DNA of 64,000 bases from Naegleria gruberi (lineage: Eukaryota). Position numbers and translations under genes: made by a program. Shown in pieces: positions 48,001 through 59,216 of the stretch. The DNA is taken from NCBI GenBank assembly GCA_000004985.1, contig GG738932.1; one strand, written 5' to 3'. Positions within the stretch are counted from its first letter, which is position 1. Every line of letters starts with the position of its first letter. The notes beneath the pieces were generated by a model. That model worked only from the letters and a program-made list of their open reading frames with translations. It was not told the DNA's origin and made no database searches.

Positions 48001-51000
48001 NNNNNNNNNNNNNNNNNNNNNNNNNNNNNNNNNNNNNNNNNNNNNNNNNNNNNNNNNNNNNNNNNNNNNNNNNNNNNNNNNNNNNNNNNNNNNNNNNNNN
48101 NNNNNNNNNNNNNNNNNNNNNNNNNNNNNNNNNNNNNNNNNNNNNNNNNNNNNNNNNNNNNNNNNNNNNNNNNNNNNNNNNNNNNNNNNNNNNNNNNNNN
48201 NNNNNNNNNNNNNNNNNNNNNNNNNNNNNNNNNNNNNNNNNNNNNNNNNNNNNNNNNNNNNNNNNNNNNNNNNNNNNNNNNNNNNNNNNNNNNNNNNNNN
48301 NNNNNNNNNNNNNNNNNNNNNNNNNNNNNNNNNNNNNNNNNNNNNNNNNNNNNNNNNNNNNNNNNNNNNNNNNNNNNNNNNNNNNNNNNNNNNNNNNNNN
48401 NNNNNNNNNNNNNNNNNNNNNNNNNNNNNNNNNNNNNNNNNNNNNNNNNNNNNNNNNNNNNNNNNNNNNNNNNNNNNNNNNNNNNNNNNNNNNNNNNNNN
48501 NNNNNNNNNNNNNNNNNNNNNNNNNNNNNNNNNNNNNNNNNNNNNNNNNNNNNNNNNNNNNNNNNNNNNNNNNNNNNNNNNNNNNNNNNNNNNNNNNNNN
48601 NNNNNNNNNNNNNNNNNNNNNNNNNNNNNNNNNNNNNNNNNNNNNNNNNNNNNNNNNNNNNNNNNNNNNNNNNNNNNNNNNNNNNNNNNNNNNNNNNNNN
48701 NNNNNNNNNNNNNNNNNNNNNNNNNNNNNNNNNNNNNNNNNNNNNNNNNNNNNNNNNNNNNNNNNNNNNNNNNNNNNNNNNNNNNNNNNNNNNNNNNNNN
48801 NNNNNNNNNNNNNNNNNNNNNNNNNNNNNNNNNNNNNNNNNNNNNNNNNNNNNNNNNNNNNNNNNNNNNNNNNNNNNNNNNNNNNNNNNNNNNNNNNNNN
48901 NNNNNNNNNNNNNNNNNNNNNNNNNNNNNNNNNNNNNNNNNNNNNNNNNNNNNNNNNNNNNNNNNNNNNNNNNNNNNNNNNNNNNNNNNNNNNNNNNNNN
49001 NNNNNNNNNNNNNNNNNNNNNNNNNNNNNNNNNNNNNNNNNNNNNNNNNNNNNNNNNNNNNNNNNNNNNNNNNNNNNNNNNNNNNNNNNNNNNNNNNNNN
49101 NNNNNNNNNNNNNNNNNNNNNNNNNNNNNNNNNNNNNNNNNNNNNNNNNNNNNNNNNNNNNNNNNNNNNNNNNNNNNNNNNNNNNNNNNNNNNNNNNNNN
49201 NNNNNNNNNNNNNNNNNNNNNNNNNNNNNNNNNNNNNNNNNNNNNNNNNNNNNNNNNNNNNNNNNNNNNNNNNNNNNNNNNNNNNNNNNNNNNNNNNNNN
49301 NNNNNNNNNNNNNNNNNNNNNNNNNNNNNNNNNNNNNNNNNNNNNNNNNNNNNNNNNNNNNNNNNNNNNNNNNNNNNNNNNNNNNNNNNNNNNNNNNNNN
49401 NNNNNNNNNNNNNNNNNNNNNNNNNNNNNNNNNNNNNNNNNNNNNNNNNNNNNNNNNNNNNNNNNNNNNNNNNNNNNNNNNNNNNNNNNNNNNNNNNNNN
49501 NNNNNNNNNNNNNNNNNNNNNNNNNNNNNNNNNNNNNNNNNNNNNNNNNNNNNNNNNNNNNNNNNNNNNNNNNNNNNNNNNNNNNNNNNNNNNNNNNNNN
49601 NNNNNNNNNNNNNNNNNNNNNNNNNNNNNNNNNNNNNNNNNNNNNNNNNNNNNNNNNNNNNNNNNNNNNNNNNNNNNNNNNNNNNNNNNNNNNNNNNNNN
49701 NNNNNNNNNNNNNNNNNNNNNNNNNNNNNNNNNNNNNNNNNNNNNNNNNNNNNNNNNNNNNNNNNNNNNNNNNNNNNNNNNNNNNNNNNNNNNNNNNNNN
49801 NNNNNNNNNNNNNNNNNNNNNNNNNNNNNNNNNNNNNNNNNNNNNNNNNNNNNNNNNNNNNNNNNNNNNNNNNNNNNNNNNNNNNNNNNNNNNNNNNNNN
49901 NNNNNNNNNNNNNNNNNNNNNNNNNNNNNNNNNNNNNNNNNNNNNNNNNNNNNNNNNNNNNNNNNNNNNNNNNNNNNNNNNNNNNNNNNNNNNNNNNNNN
50001 NNNNNNNNNNNNNNNNNNNNNNNNNNNNNNNNNNNNNNNNNNNNNNNNNNNNNNNNNNNNNNNNNNNNNNNNNNNNNNNNNNNNNNNNNNNNNNNNNNNN
50101 NNNNNNNNNNNNNNNNNNNNNNNNNNNNNNNNNNNNNNNNNNNNNNNNNNNNNNNNNNNNNNNNNNNNNNNNNNNNNNNNNNNNNNNNNNNNNNNNNNNN
50201 NNNNNNNNNNNNNNNNNNNNNNNNNNNNNNNNNNNNNNNNNNNNNNNNNNNNNNNNNNNNNNNNNNNNNNNNNNNNNNNNNNNNNNNNNNNNNNNNNNNN
50301 NNNNNNNNNNNNNNNNNNNNNNNNNNNNNNNNNNNNNNNNNNNNNNNNNNNNNNNNNNNNNNNNNNNNNNNNNNNNNNNNNNNNNNNNNNNNNNNNNNNN
50401 NNNNNNNNNNNNNNNNNNNNNNNNNNNNNNNNNNNNNNNNNNNNNNNNNNNNNNNNNNNNNNNNNNNNNNNNNNNNNNNNNNNNNNNNNNNNNNNNNNNN
50501 NNNNNNNNNNNNNNNNNNNNNNNNNNNNNNNNNNNNNNNNNNNNNNNNNNNNNNNNNNNNNNNNNNNNNNNNNNNNNNNNNNNNNNNNNNNNNNNNNNNN
50601 NNNNNNNNNNNNNNNNNNNNNNNNNNNNNNNNNNNNNNNNNNNNNNNNNNNNNNNNNNNNNNNNNNNNNNNNNNNNNNNNNNNNNNNNNNNNNNNNNNNN
50701 NNNNNNNNNNNNNNNNNNNNNNNNNNNNNNNNNNNNNNNNNNNNNNNNNNNNNNNNNNNNNNNNNNNNNNNNNNNNNNNNNNNNNNNNNNNNNNNNNNNN
50801 NNNNNNNNNNNNNNNNNNNNNNNNNNNNNNNNNNNNNNNNNNNNNNNNNNNNNNNNNNNNNNNNNNNNNNNNNNNNNNNNNNNNNNNNNNNNNNNNNNNN
50901 NNNNNNNNNNNNNNNNNNNNNNNNNNNNNNNNNNNNNNNNNNNNNNNNNNNNNNNNNNNNNNNNNNNNNNNNNNNNNNNNNNNNNNNNNNNNNNNNNNNN

Positions 51001-54000
51001 NNNNNNNNNNNNNNNNNNNNNNNNNNNNNNNNNNNNNNNNNNNNNNNNNNNNNNNNNNNNNNNNNNNNNNNNNNNNNNNNNNNNNNNNNNNNNNNNNNNN
51101 NNNNNNNNNNNNNNNNNNNNNNNNNNNNNNNNNNNNNNNNNNNNNNNNNNNNNNNNNNNNNNNNNNNNNNNNNNNNNNNNNNNNNNNNNNNNNNNNNNNN
51201 NNNNNNNNNNNNNNNNNNNNNNNNNNNNNNNNNNNNNNNNNNNNNNNNNNNNNNNNNNNNNNNNNNNNNNNNNNNNNNNNNNNNNNNNNNNNNNNNNNNN
51301 NNNNNNNNNNNNNNNNNNNNNNNNNNNNNNNNNNNNNNNNNNNNNNNNNNNNNNNNNNNNNNNNNNNNNNNNNNNNNNNNNNNNNNNNNNNNNNNNNNNN
51401 NNNNNNNNNNNNNNNNNNNNNNNNNNNNNNNNNNNNNNNNNNNNNNNNNNNNNNNNNNNNNNNNNNNNNNNNNNNNNNNNNNNNNNNNNNNNNNNNNNNN
51501 NNNNNNNNNNNNNNNNNNNNNNNNNNNNNNNNNNNNNNNNNNNNNNNNNNNNNNNNNNNNNNNNNNNNNNNNNNNNNNNNNNNNNNNNNNNNNNNNNNNN
51601 NNNNNNNNNNNNNNNNNNNNNNNNNNNNNNNNNNNNNNNNNNNNNNNNNNNNNNNNNNNNNNNNNNNNNNNNNNNNNNNNNNNNNNNNNNNNNNNNNNNN
51701 NNNNNNNNNNNNNNNNNNNNNNNNNNNNNNNNNNNNNNNNNNNNNNNNNNNNNNNNNNNNNNNNNNNNNNNNNNNNNNNNNNNNNNNNNNNNNNNNNNNN
51801 NNNNNNNNNNNNNNNNNNNNNNNNNNNNNNNNNNNNNNNNNNNNNNNNNNNNNNNNNNNNNNNNNNNNNNNNNNNNNNNNNNNNNNNNNNNNNNNNNNNN
51901 NNNNNNNNNNNNNNNNNNNNNNNNNNNNNNNNNNNNNNNNNNNNNNNNNNNNNNNNNNNNNNNNNNNNNNNNNNNNNNNNNNNNNNNNNNNNNNNNNNNN
52001 NNNNNNNNNNNNNNNNNNNNNNNNNNNNNNNNNNNNNNNNNNNNNNNNNNNNNNNNNNNNNNNNNNNNNNNNNNNNNNNNNNNNNNNNNNNNNNNNNNNN
52101 NNNNNNNNNNNNNNNNNNNNNNNNNNNNNNNNNNNNNNNNNNNNNNNNNNNNNNNNNNNNNNNNNNNNNNNNNNNNNNNNNNNNNNNNNNNNNNNNNNNN
52201 NNNNNNNNNNNNNNNNNNNNNNNNNNNNNNNNNNNNNNNNNNNNNNNNNNNNNNNNNNNNNNNNNNNNNNNNNNNNNNNNNNNNNNNNNNNNNNNNNNNN
52301 NNNNNNNNNNNNNNNNNNNNNNNNNNNNNNNNNNNNNNNNNNNNNNNNNNNNNNNNNNNNNNNNNNNNNNNNNNNNNNNNNNNNNNNNNNNNNNNNNNNN
52401 NNNNNNNNNNNNNNNNNNNNNNNNNNNNNNNNNNNNNNNNNNNNNNNNNNNNNNNNNNNNNNNNNNNNNNNNNNNNNNNNNNNNNNNNNNNNNNNNNNNN
52501 NNNNNNNNNNNNNNNNNNNNNNNNNNNNNNNNNNNNNNNNNNNNNNNNNNNNNNNNNNNNNNNNNNNNNNNNNNNNNNNNNNNNNNNNNNNNNNNNNNNN
52601 NNNNNNNNNNNNNNNNNNNNNNNNNNNNNNNNNNNNNNNNNNNNNNNNNNNNNNNNNNNNNNNNNNNNNNNNNNNNNNNNNNNNNNNNNNNNNNNNNNNN
52701 NNNNNNNNNNNNNNNNNNNNNNNNNNNNNNNNNNNNNNNNNNNNNNNNNNNNNNNNNNNNNNNNNNNNNNNNNNNNNNNNNNNNNNNNNNNNNNNNNNNN
52801 NNNNNNNNNNNNNNNNNNNNNNNNNNNNNNNNNNNNNNNNNNNNNNNNNNNNNNNNNNNNNNNNNNNNNNNNNNNNNNNNNNNNNNNNNNNNNNNNNNNN
52901 NNNNNNNNNNNNNNNNNNNNNNNNNNNNNNNNNNNNNNNNNNNNNNNNNNNNNNNNNNNNNNNNNNNNNNNNNNNNNNNNNNNNNNNNNNNNNNNNNNNN
53001 NNNNNNNNNNNNNNNNNNNNNNNNNNNNNNNNNNNNNNNNNNNNNNNNNNNNNNNNNNNNNNNNNNNNNNNNNNNNNNNNNNNNNNNNNNNNNNNNNNNN
53101 NNNNNNNNNNNNNNNNNNNNNNNNNNNNNNNNNNNNNNNNNNNNNNNNNNNNNNNNNNNNNNNNNNNNNNNNNNNNNNNNNNNNNNNNNNNNNNNNNNNN
53201 NNNNNNNNNNNNNNNNNNNNNNNNNNNNNNNNNNNNNNNNNNNNNNNNNNNNNNNNNNNNNNNNNNNNNNNNNNNNNNNNNNNNNNNNNNNNNNNNNNNN
53301 NNNNNNNNNNNNNNNNNNNNNNNNNNNNNNNNNNNNNNNNNNNNNNNNNNNNNNNNNNNNNNNNNNNNNNNNNNNNNNNNNNNNNNNNNNNNNNNNNNNN
53401 NNNNNNNNNNNNNNNNNNNNNNNNNNNNNNNNNNNNNNNNNNNNNNNNNNNNNNNNNNNNNNNNNNNNNNNNNNNNNNNNNNNNNNNNNNNNNNNNNNNN
53501 NNNNNNNNNNNNNNNNNNNNNNNNNNNNNNNNNNNNNNNNNNNNNNNNNNNNNNNNNNNNNNNNNNNNNNNNNNNNNNNNNNNNNNNNNNNNNNNNNNNN
53601 NNNNNNNNNNNNNNNNNNNNNNNNNNNNNNNNNNNNNNNNNNNNNNNNNNNNNNNNNNNNNNNNNNNNNNNNNNNNNNNNNNNNNNNNNNNNNNNNNNNN
53701 NNNNNNNNNNNNNNNNNNNNNNNNNNNNNNNNNNNNNNNNNNNNNNNNNNNNNNNNNNNNNNNNNNNNNNNNNNNNNNNNNNNNNNNNNNNNNNNNNNNN
53801 NNNNNNNNNNNNNNNNNNNNNNNNNNNNNNNNNNNNNNNNNNNNNNNNNNNNNNNNNNNNNNNNNNNNNNNNNNNNNNNNNNNNNNNNNNNNNNNNNNNN
53901 NNNNNNNNNNNNNNNNNNNNNNNNNNNNNNNNNNNNNNNNNNNNNNNNNNNNNNNNNNNNNNNNNNNNNNNNNNNNNNNNNNNNNNNNNNNNNNNNNNNN

Positions 54001-57000
54001 NNNNNNNNNNNNNNNNNNNNNNNNNNNNNNNNNNNNNNNNNNNNNNNNNNNNNNNNNNNNNNNNNNNNNNNNNNNNNNNNNNNNNNNNNNNNNNNNNNNN
54101 NNNNNNNNNNNNNNNNNNNNNNNNNNNNNNNNNNNNNNNNNNNNNNNNNNNNNNNNNNNNNNNNNNNNNNNNNNNNNNNNNNNNNNNNNNNNNNNNNNNN
54201 NNNNNNNNNNNNNNNNNNNNNNNNNNNNNNNNNNNNNNNNNNNNNNNNNNNNNNNNNNNNNNNNNNNNNNNNNNNNNNNNNNNNNNNNNNNNNNNNNNNN
54301 NNNNNNNNNNNNNNNNNNNNNNNNNNNNNNNNNNNNNNNNNNNNNNNNNNNNNNNNNNNNNNNNNNNNNNNNNNNNNNNNNNNNNNNNNNNNNNNNNNNN
54401 NNNNNNNNNNNNNNNNNNNNNNNNNNNNNNNNNNNNNNNNNNNNNNNNNNNNNNNNNNNNNNNNNNNNNNNNNNNNNNNNNNNNNNNNNNNNNNNNNNNN
54501 NNNNNNNNNNNNNNNNNNNNNNNNNNNNNNNNNNNNNNNNNNNNNNNNNNNNNNNNNNNNNNNNNNNNNNNNNNNNNNNNNNNNNNNNNNNNNNNNNNNN
54601 NNNNNNNNNNNNNNNNNNNNNNNNNNNNNNNNNNNNNNNNNNNNNNNNNNNNNNNNNNNNNNNNNNNNNNNNNNNNNNNNNNNNNNNNNNNNNNNNNNNN
54701 NNNNNNNNNNNNNNNNNNNNNNNNNNNNNNNNNNNNNNNNNNNNNNNNNNNNNNNNNNNNNNNNNNNNNNNNNNNNNNNNNNNNNNNNNNNNNNNNNNNN
54801 NNNNNNNNNNNNNNNNNNNNNNNNNNNNNNNNNNNNNNNNNNNNNNNNNNNNNNNNNNNNNNNNNNNNNNNNNNNNNNNNNNNNNNNNNNNNNNNNNNNN
54901 NNNNNNNNNNNNNNNNNNNNNNNNNNNNNNNNNNNNNNNNNNNNNNNNNNNNNNNNNNNNNNNNNNNNNNNNNNNNNNNNNNNNNNNNNNNNNNNNNNNN
55001 NNNNNNNNNNNNNNNNNNNNNNNNNNNNNNNNNNNNNNNNNNNNNNNNNNNNNNNNNNNNNNNNNNNNNNNNNNNNNNNNNNNNNNNNNNNNNNNNNNNN
55101 NNNNNNNNNNNNNNNNNNNNNNNNNNNNNNNNNNNNNNNNNNNNNNNNNNNNNNNNNNNNNNNNNNNNNNNNNNNNNNNNNNNNNNNNNNNNNNNNNNNN
55201 NNNNNNNNNNNNNNNNNNNNNNNNNNNNNNNNNNNNNNNNNNNNNNNNNNNNNNNNNNNNNNNNNNNNNNNNNNNNNNNNNNNNNNNNNNNNNNNNNNNN
55301 NNNNNNNNNNNNNNNNNNNNNNNNNNNNNNNNNNNNNNNNNNNNNNNNNNNNNNNNNNNNNNNNNNNNNNNNNNNNNNNNNNNNNNNNNNNNNNNNNNNN
55401 NNNNNNNNNNNNNNNNNNNNNNNNNNNNNNNNNNNNNNNNNNNNNNNNNNNNNNNNNNNNNNNNNNNNNNNNNNNNNNNNNNNNNNNNNNNNNNNNNNNN
55501 NNNNNNNNNNNNNNNNNNNNNNNNNNNNNNNNNNNNNNNNNNNNNNNNNNNNNNNNNNNNNNNNNNNNNNNNNNNNNNNNNNNNNNNNNNNNNNNNNNNN
55601 NNNNNNNNNNNNNNNNNNNNNNNNNNNNNNNNNNNNNNNNNNNNNNNNNNNNNNNNNNNNNNNNNNNNNNNNNNNNNNNNNNNNNNNNNNNNNNNNNNNN
55701 NNNNNNNNNNNNNNNNNNNNNNNNNNNNNNNNNNNNNNNNNNNNNNNNNNNNNNNNNNNNNNNNNNNNNNNNNNNNNNNNNNNNNNNNNNNNNNNNNNNN
55801 NNNNNNNNNNNNNNNNNNNNNNNNNNNNNNNNNNNNNNNNNNNNNNNNNNNNNNNNNNNNNNNNNNNNNNNNNNNNNNNNNNNNNNNNNNNNNNNNNNNN
55901 NNNNNNNNNNNNNNNNNNNNNNNNNNNNNNNNNNNNNNNNNNNNNNNNNNNNNNNNNNNNNNNNNNNNNNNNNNNNNNNNNNNNNNNNNNNNNNNNNNNN
56001 NNNNNNNNNNNNNNNNNNNNNNNNNNNNNNNNNNNNNNNNNNNNNNNNNNNNNNNNNNNNNNNNNNNNNNNNNNNNNNNNNNNNNNNNNNNNNNNNNNNN
56101 NNNNNNNNNNNNNNNNNNNNNNNNNNNNNNNNNNNNNNNNNNNNNNNNNNNNNNNNNNNNNNNNNNNNNNNNNNNNNNNNNNNNNNNNNNNNNNNNNNNN
56201 NNNNNNNNNNNNNNNNNNNNNNNNNNNNNNNNNNNNNNNNNNNNNNNNNNNNNNNNNNNNNNNNNNNNNNNNNNNNNNNNNNNNNNNNNNNNNNNNNNNN
56301 NNNNNNNNNNNNNNNNNNNNNNNNNNNNNNNNNNNNNNNNNNNNNNNNNNNNNNNNNNNNNNNNNNNNNNNNNNNNNNNNNNNNNNNNNNNNNNNNNNNN
56401 NNNNNNNNNNNNNNNNNNNNNNNNNNNNNNNNNNNNNNNNNNNNNNNNNNNNNNNNNNNNNNNNNNNNNNNNNNNNNNNNNNNNNNNNNNNNNNNNNNNN
56501 NNNNNNNNNNNNNNNNNNNNNNNNNNNNNNNNNNNNNNNNNNNNNNNNNNNNNNNNNNNNNNNNNNNNNNNNNNNNNNNNNNNNNNNNNNNNNNNNNNNN
56601 NNNNNNNNNNNNNNNNNNNNNNNNNNNNNNNNNNNNNNNNNNNNNNNNNNNNNNNNNNNNNNNNNNNNNNNNNNNNNNNNNNNNNNNNNNNNNNNNNNNN
56701 NNNNNNNNNNNNNNNNNNNNNNNNNNNNNNNNNNNNNNNNNNNNNNNNNNNNNNNNNNNNNNNNNNNNNNNNNNNNNNNNNNNNNNNNNNNNNNNNNNNN
56801 NNNNNNNNNNNNNNNNNNNNNNNNNNNNNNNNNNNNNNNNNNNNNNNNNNNNNNNNNNNNNNNNNNNNNNNNNNNNNNNNNNNNNNNNNNNNNNNNNNNN
56901 NNNNNNNNNNNNNNNNNNNNNNNNNNNNNNNNNNNNNNNNNNNNNNNNNNNNNNNNNNNNNNNNNNNNNNNNNNNNNNNNNNNNNNNNNNNNNNNNNNNN

Positions 57001-57628
57001 NNNNNNNNNNNNNNNNNNNNNNNNNNNNNNNNNNNNNNNNNNNNNNNNNNNNNNNNNNNNNNNNNNNNNNNNNNNNNNNNNNNNNNNNNNNNNNNNNNNN
57101 NNNNNNNNNNNNNNNNNNNNNNNNNNNNNNNNNNNNNNNNNNNNNNNNNNNNNNNNNNNNNNNNNNNNNNNNNNNNNNNNNNNNNNNNNNNNNNNNNNNN
57201 NNNNNNNNNNNNNNNNNNNNNNNNNNNNNNNNNNNNNNNNNNNNNNNNNNNNNNNNNNNNNNNNNNNNNNNNNNNNNNNNNNNNNNNNNNNNNNNNNNNN
57301 NNNNNNNNNNNNNNNNNNNNNNNNNNNNNNNNNNNNNNNNNNNNNNNNNNNNNNNNNNNNNNNNNNNNNNNNNNNNNNNNNNNNNNNNNNNNNNNNNNNN
57401 NNNNNNNNNNNNNNNNNNNNNNNNNNNNNNNNNNNNNNNNNNNNNNNNNNNNNNNNNNNNNNNNNNNNNNNNNNNNNNNNNNNNNNNNNNNNNNNNNNNN
57501 NNNNNNNNNNNNNNNNNNNNNNNNNNNNNNNNNNNNNNNNNNNNNNNNNNNNNNNNNNNNNNNNNNNNNNNNNNNNNNNNNNNNNNNNNNNNNNNNNNNN
57601 NNNNNNNNNNNNNNNNNNNNNNNNNNNN
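1..57628. other. Run of N (unsequenced / scaffold padding); no information
   Basis: Directly visible: every base from 1 to 57628 is 'n'. The first real base is at 57629. Confidence 0.99.
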
Positions 57629-58657
57629 CACATTTGGAATGACTTGATATTCGACGTTTTTCTTGGCAGAGTCCAAAATAGTTGCCAAAGAACACTTGCT
57701 ATTCACAGTAACTATTTGTTTGATATTGTGGGACAAGCTGTTGTAAACAATGATAGAATGTTGATCATCATTGGTAACATCCAAACTATCTGATAAGACA
57801 CTATTACTATCAATTTCCAAAACGTGTTGAGTGAGTGATTTGTGAAGGGACTTCATATCTTGAATGACTGAAGCAAGTTGGGACATGTAATCATTATAAA
57901 CATGTCTTCTACAAGTACCAGTAATGGCATCGTGGTGTTGTACCAACCCAACAGTTTGTCTAGATCTTTGAATAGTATTAAATGTGTCTACCCAGTTGAA
58001 CATGCTATTTTGGTGAGTCATCTTTACTCTTGCAAGAGCATACAACATTTCAGTTGATGTGAGCGCTGATTCAGCAGTTCTGGCAGACTTTTTAAGGTTT
58101 GGTAAGGAGGTAAAGTAACCAGTCCAATAACTATCTGGGTAGTCAGCATATGGTACAAAGTCTTGTTTAACGACTGGGAACTTGGTACTGCTACCGTAGT
58201 TTTTGAATAATTCATTAAAGTATTCAGTAGTGGTGGCATATTGAACCTTAACTCCTAGATCATGATTATCCAAAAACTGAATAACTCTATCCATATTTGA
58301 AAATTGGGCTCCGGCATCTCTGAATTTAAAGTCGTCGCCCATTGGAACAAGAATGTATGGTGTTCTGTATGCTGAAGATCTCTTCCTCATGTCTTCAATA
58401 AATTCGTGAGCTTTTCTTTCCACATTTTGATCATTGATAAATTCCGCACCTGGTTTTTCAAAATCAAAATTTCTAGGACTAGAATAGTGAGTATGAAGTA
58501 CTTCAGTGAAGATGGTATTGTTTGAGCTGATGTTCCAAATAAATTCCAATGCCTTTTCGTCCTTCATTACAGATTTGATGGAAAAGTGAACTCTGTTAAT
58601 TACGAGAGCATCAAATCCCATTTGACTGAATATTTGTGGAATTTTTCCGTCATGACC
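57629..58657 (-). CDS. GH38 class II alpha-mannosidase, downstream exon (partial; the open frame runs off the sequenced island into the N run at its 3' side)
   Basis: I translated the minus strand codon by codon from 58657 down to 57629: 343 codons with no stop. It begins GHDGKIPQIFSQMGFDALVINRVHFSIKSVMKDEKALEFIWN... and continues ...AYRTPYILVPMGDDFKFRDAGAQF...YPDSYWTGYFTSLPN...TVGLVQHHDAITGT...EYQVIPNV. The blocks LVPMGDDFKF, DSYWTGYFTS and QHHDAITGT match the conserved GDDF(R/K)F, NYWSGYYTS and QHHD(G/A)ITGT blocks of lysosomal/Golgi-type GH38 mannosidases (compared from memory, not by a search). The six-frame track misses this ORF because the fragment contains no Met start; its 58024-58239 entry is a different, spurious frame. 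Confidence 0.85.
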
Positions 58658-58706
58658 CTTAATTCATCATCATATATTAATCTTTCCTCGAGATGTGAAA
58701 ACTTAC
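58658..58706 (-). other. Spliceosomal intron (49 nt), phase 0, 5' splice site GTAAGT, 3' end ...TTAAG
   Basis: On the minus strand the sequence reads GAT CCT TTT | GTAAGTTTTCACATCTCGAGGAAAGATTAATATATGATGATGAATTAAG | GGT CAT GAC GGA. Reading through gives ...IDPFVSFHISRKD followed by a stop. Removing these 49 nt joins ...AWQIDPF to GHDGK..., which restores the universally conserved GH38 motif (A)W(x)IDPFGH and the long downstream ORF. A possible branch-like sequence TTAAT lies about 20 nt from the 3' end. The acceptor is AAG rather than the usual YAG. Confidence 0.75.
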
Positions 58707-59013
58707 AAAAGGATCAATTTGCCAAGCAACTCTCGGTCTCACTCCAAATCTTCTCAAAAGATATTCATGACCTACAGTCATTGAGTTAATGATTGAAGTG
58801 TATGATGCACAAGCTTCATCTGTTTGAATCCAACCTCCTCCGACAAATTCGAATCTATTTGTTTTAATTAGCTTTTTCACTTGTTGTTGTCTTGGTGCTG
58901 GTTGTTGTTCGAACCACTCCTTAAAGTAGAGAACATCACCCCACACATATCTTGTATGTGGTTTTTCCCAATAATTGACCAATAACACTGTCCAAAATGA
59001 GAAGGTTCTGATG
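58707..59013 (-). CDS. GH38 class II alpha-mannosidase, upstream exon (partial; 5' side truncated by the 50-N gap)
   Basis: The minus-strand frame is open from the gap edge and reads ...FWTVLLVNYWEKPHTRYVWGDVLYFKEWFEQQPAPRQQQVKKLIKTNRFEFVGGGWIQTDEACASYTSIINSMTVGHEYLLRRFGVRPRVAWQIDPF. The block RFEFVGGGW...DEA...RPRVAWQIDPF corresponds to the conserved RLEF(x)NGGW(x)MNDEA...RPRVAW(x)IDPFGHS region of lysosomal/Golgi alpha-mannosidases. The expected N-terminal region (signal/anchor and the HxHxDxGW metal-binding motif) is absent and must lie in or beyond the gap. Confidence 0.8.
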
Positions 59014-59063
59014 NNNNNNNNNNNNNNNNNNNNNNNNNNNNNNNNNNNNNNNNNNNNNNNNNN
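59014..59063. other. Assembly gap (exactly 50 N), placeholder of unknown true length inside or at the 5' side of the mannosidase gene
   Basis: Directly visible run of 50 n, flanked by coding sequence on the low side and AT-rich non-coding sequence on the high side. Confidence 0.95.
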
Positions 59064-59108
59064 AATCAATTCTTCATTACTATCAATATTGTACAAAACC
59101 CTAATTAA

Positions 59109-59114
59109 TATAAA
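59109..59114 (+). promoter_or_regulatory. TATAAA element in an AT-rich intergenic region; candidate core promoter for the plus-strand gene starting at 59217 (about 108 nt upstream of its ATG)
   Basis: The sequence ctaattaaTATAAAtttaat is visible at 59101-59120. Downstream of it is an A-rich leader (aaaattgaaaaaaaacagaaaacataaactttaaaaaaaaaactcttaaaaATG). In DNA this AT-rich a TATAAA can occur by chance, and strand assignment is ambiguous. Confidence 0.25.
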
Positions 59115-59216
59115 TTTAATCTTGATCTCAATGATGTTTACAATGAACAACAAGCATTCCATTTCAAAATTGAAAAAAAACAGAAAACATAAACTTTAAA
59201 AAAAAAACTCTTAAAA

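Noticed and set aside
58024-58239. 71-aa minus-strand ORF from the track (MPPLLNTLMNYSKTT...)
   Set aside because: It is out of frame with, and wholly nested inside, the 343-codon mannosidase exon, whose translation carries strongly conserved GH38 blocks. This short ORF has no family signature.
58677-59162. ORF-track minus ORF (161 aa) reading straight through the 50-N gap and ending ...IDPFVSFHISRKD*
   Set aside because: The part downstream of the gap is real mannosidase exon. The pre-gap part (MECLLFIVNIIEIKIKFILIRVLYNIDSNEELI) is an I/K/N-rich AT-rich artefact on the other side of a gap of unknown size. The 3' end (VSFHISRKD*) is intron read-through. The spliced model (DPF|GHDGK...) is far better supported by family conservation.
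59160-59216. A-rich tract (aaaaaaaacagaaaacataaactttaaaaaaaaaactcttaaaa) as a distinct repeat or poly(A) insertion remnant
   Set aside because: Its length and position immediately upstream of an ATG fit an ordinary A-rich fungal-type 5' leader or promoter. There are no flanking target-site duplications or retroelement features.
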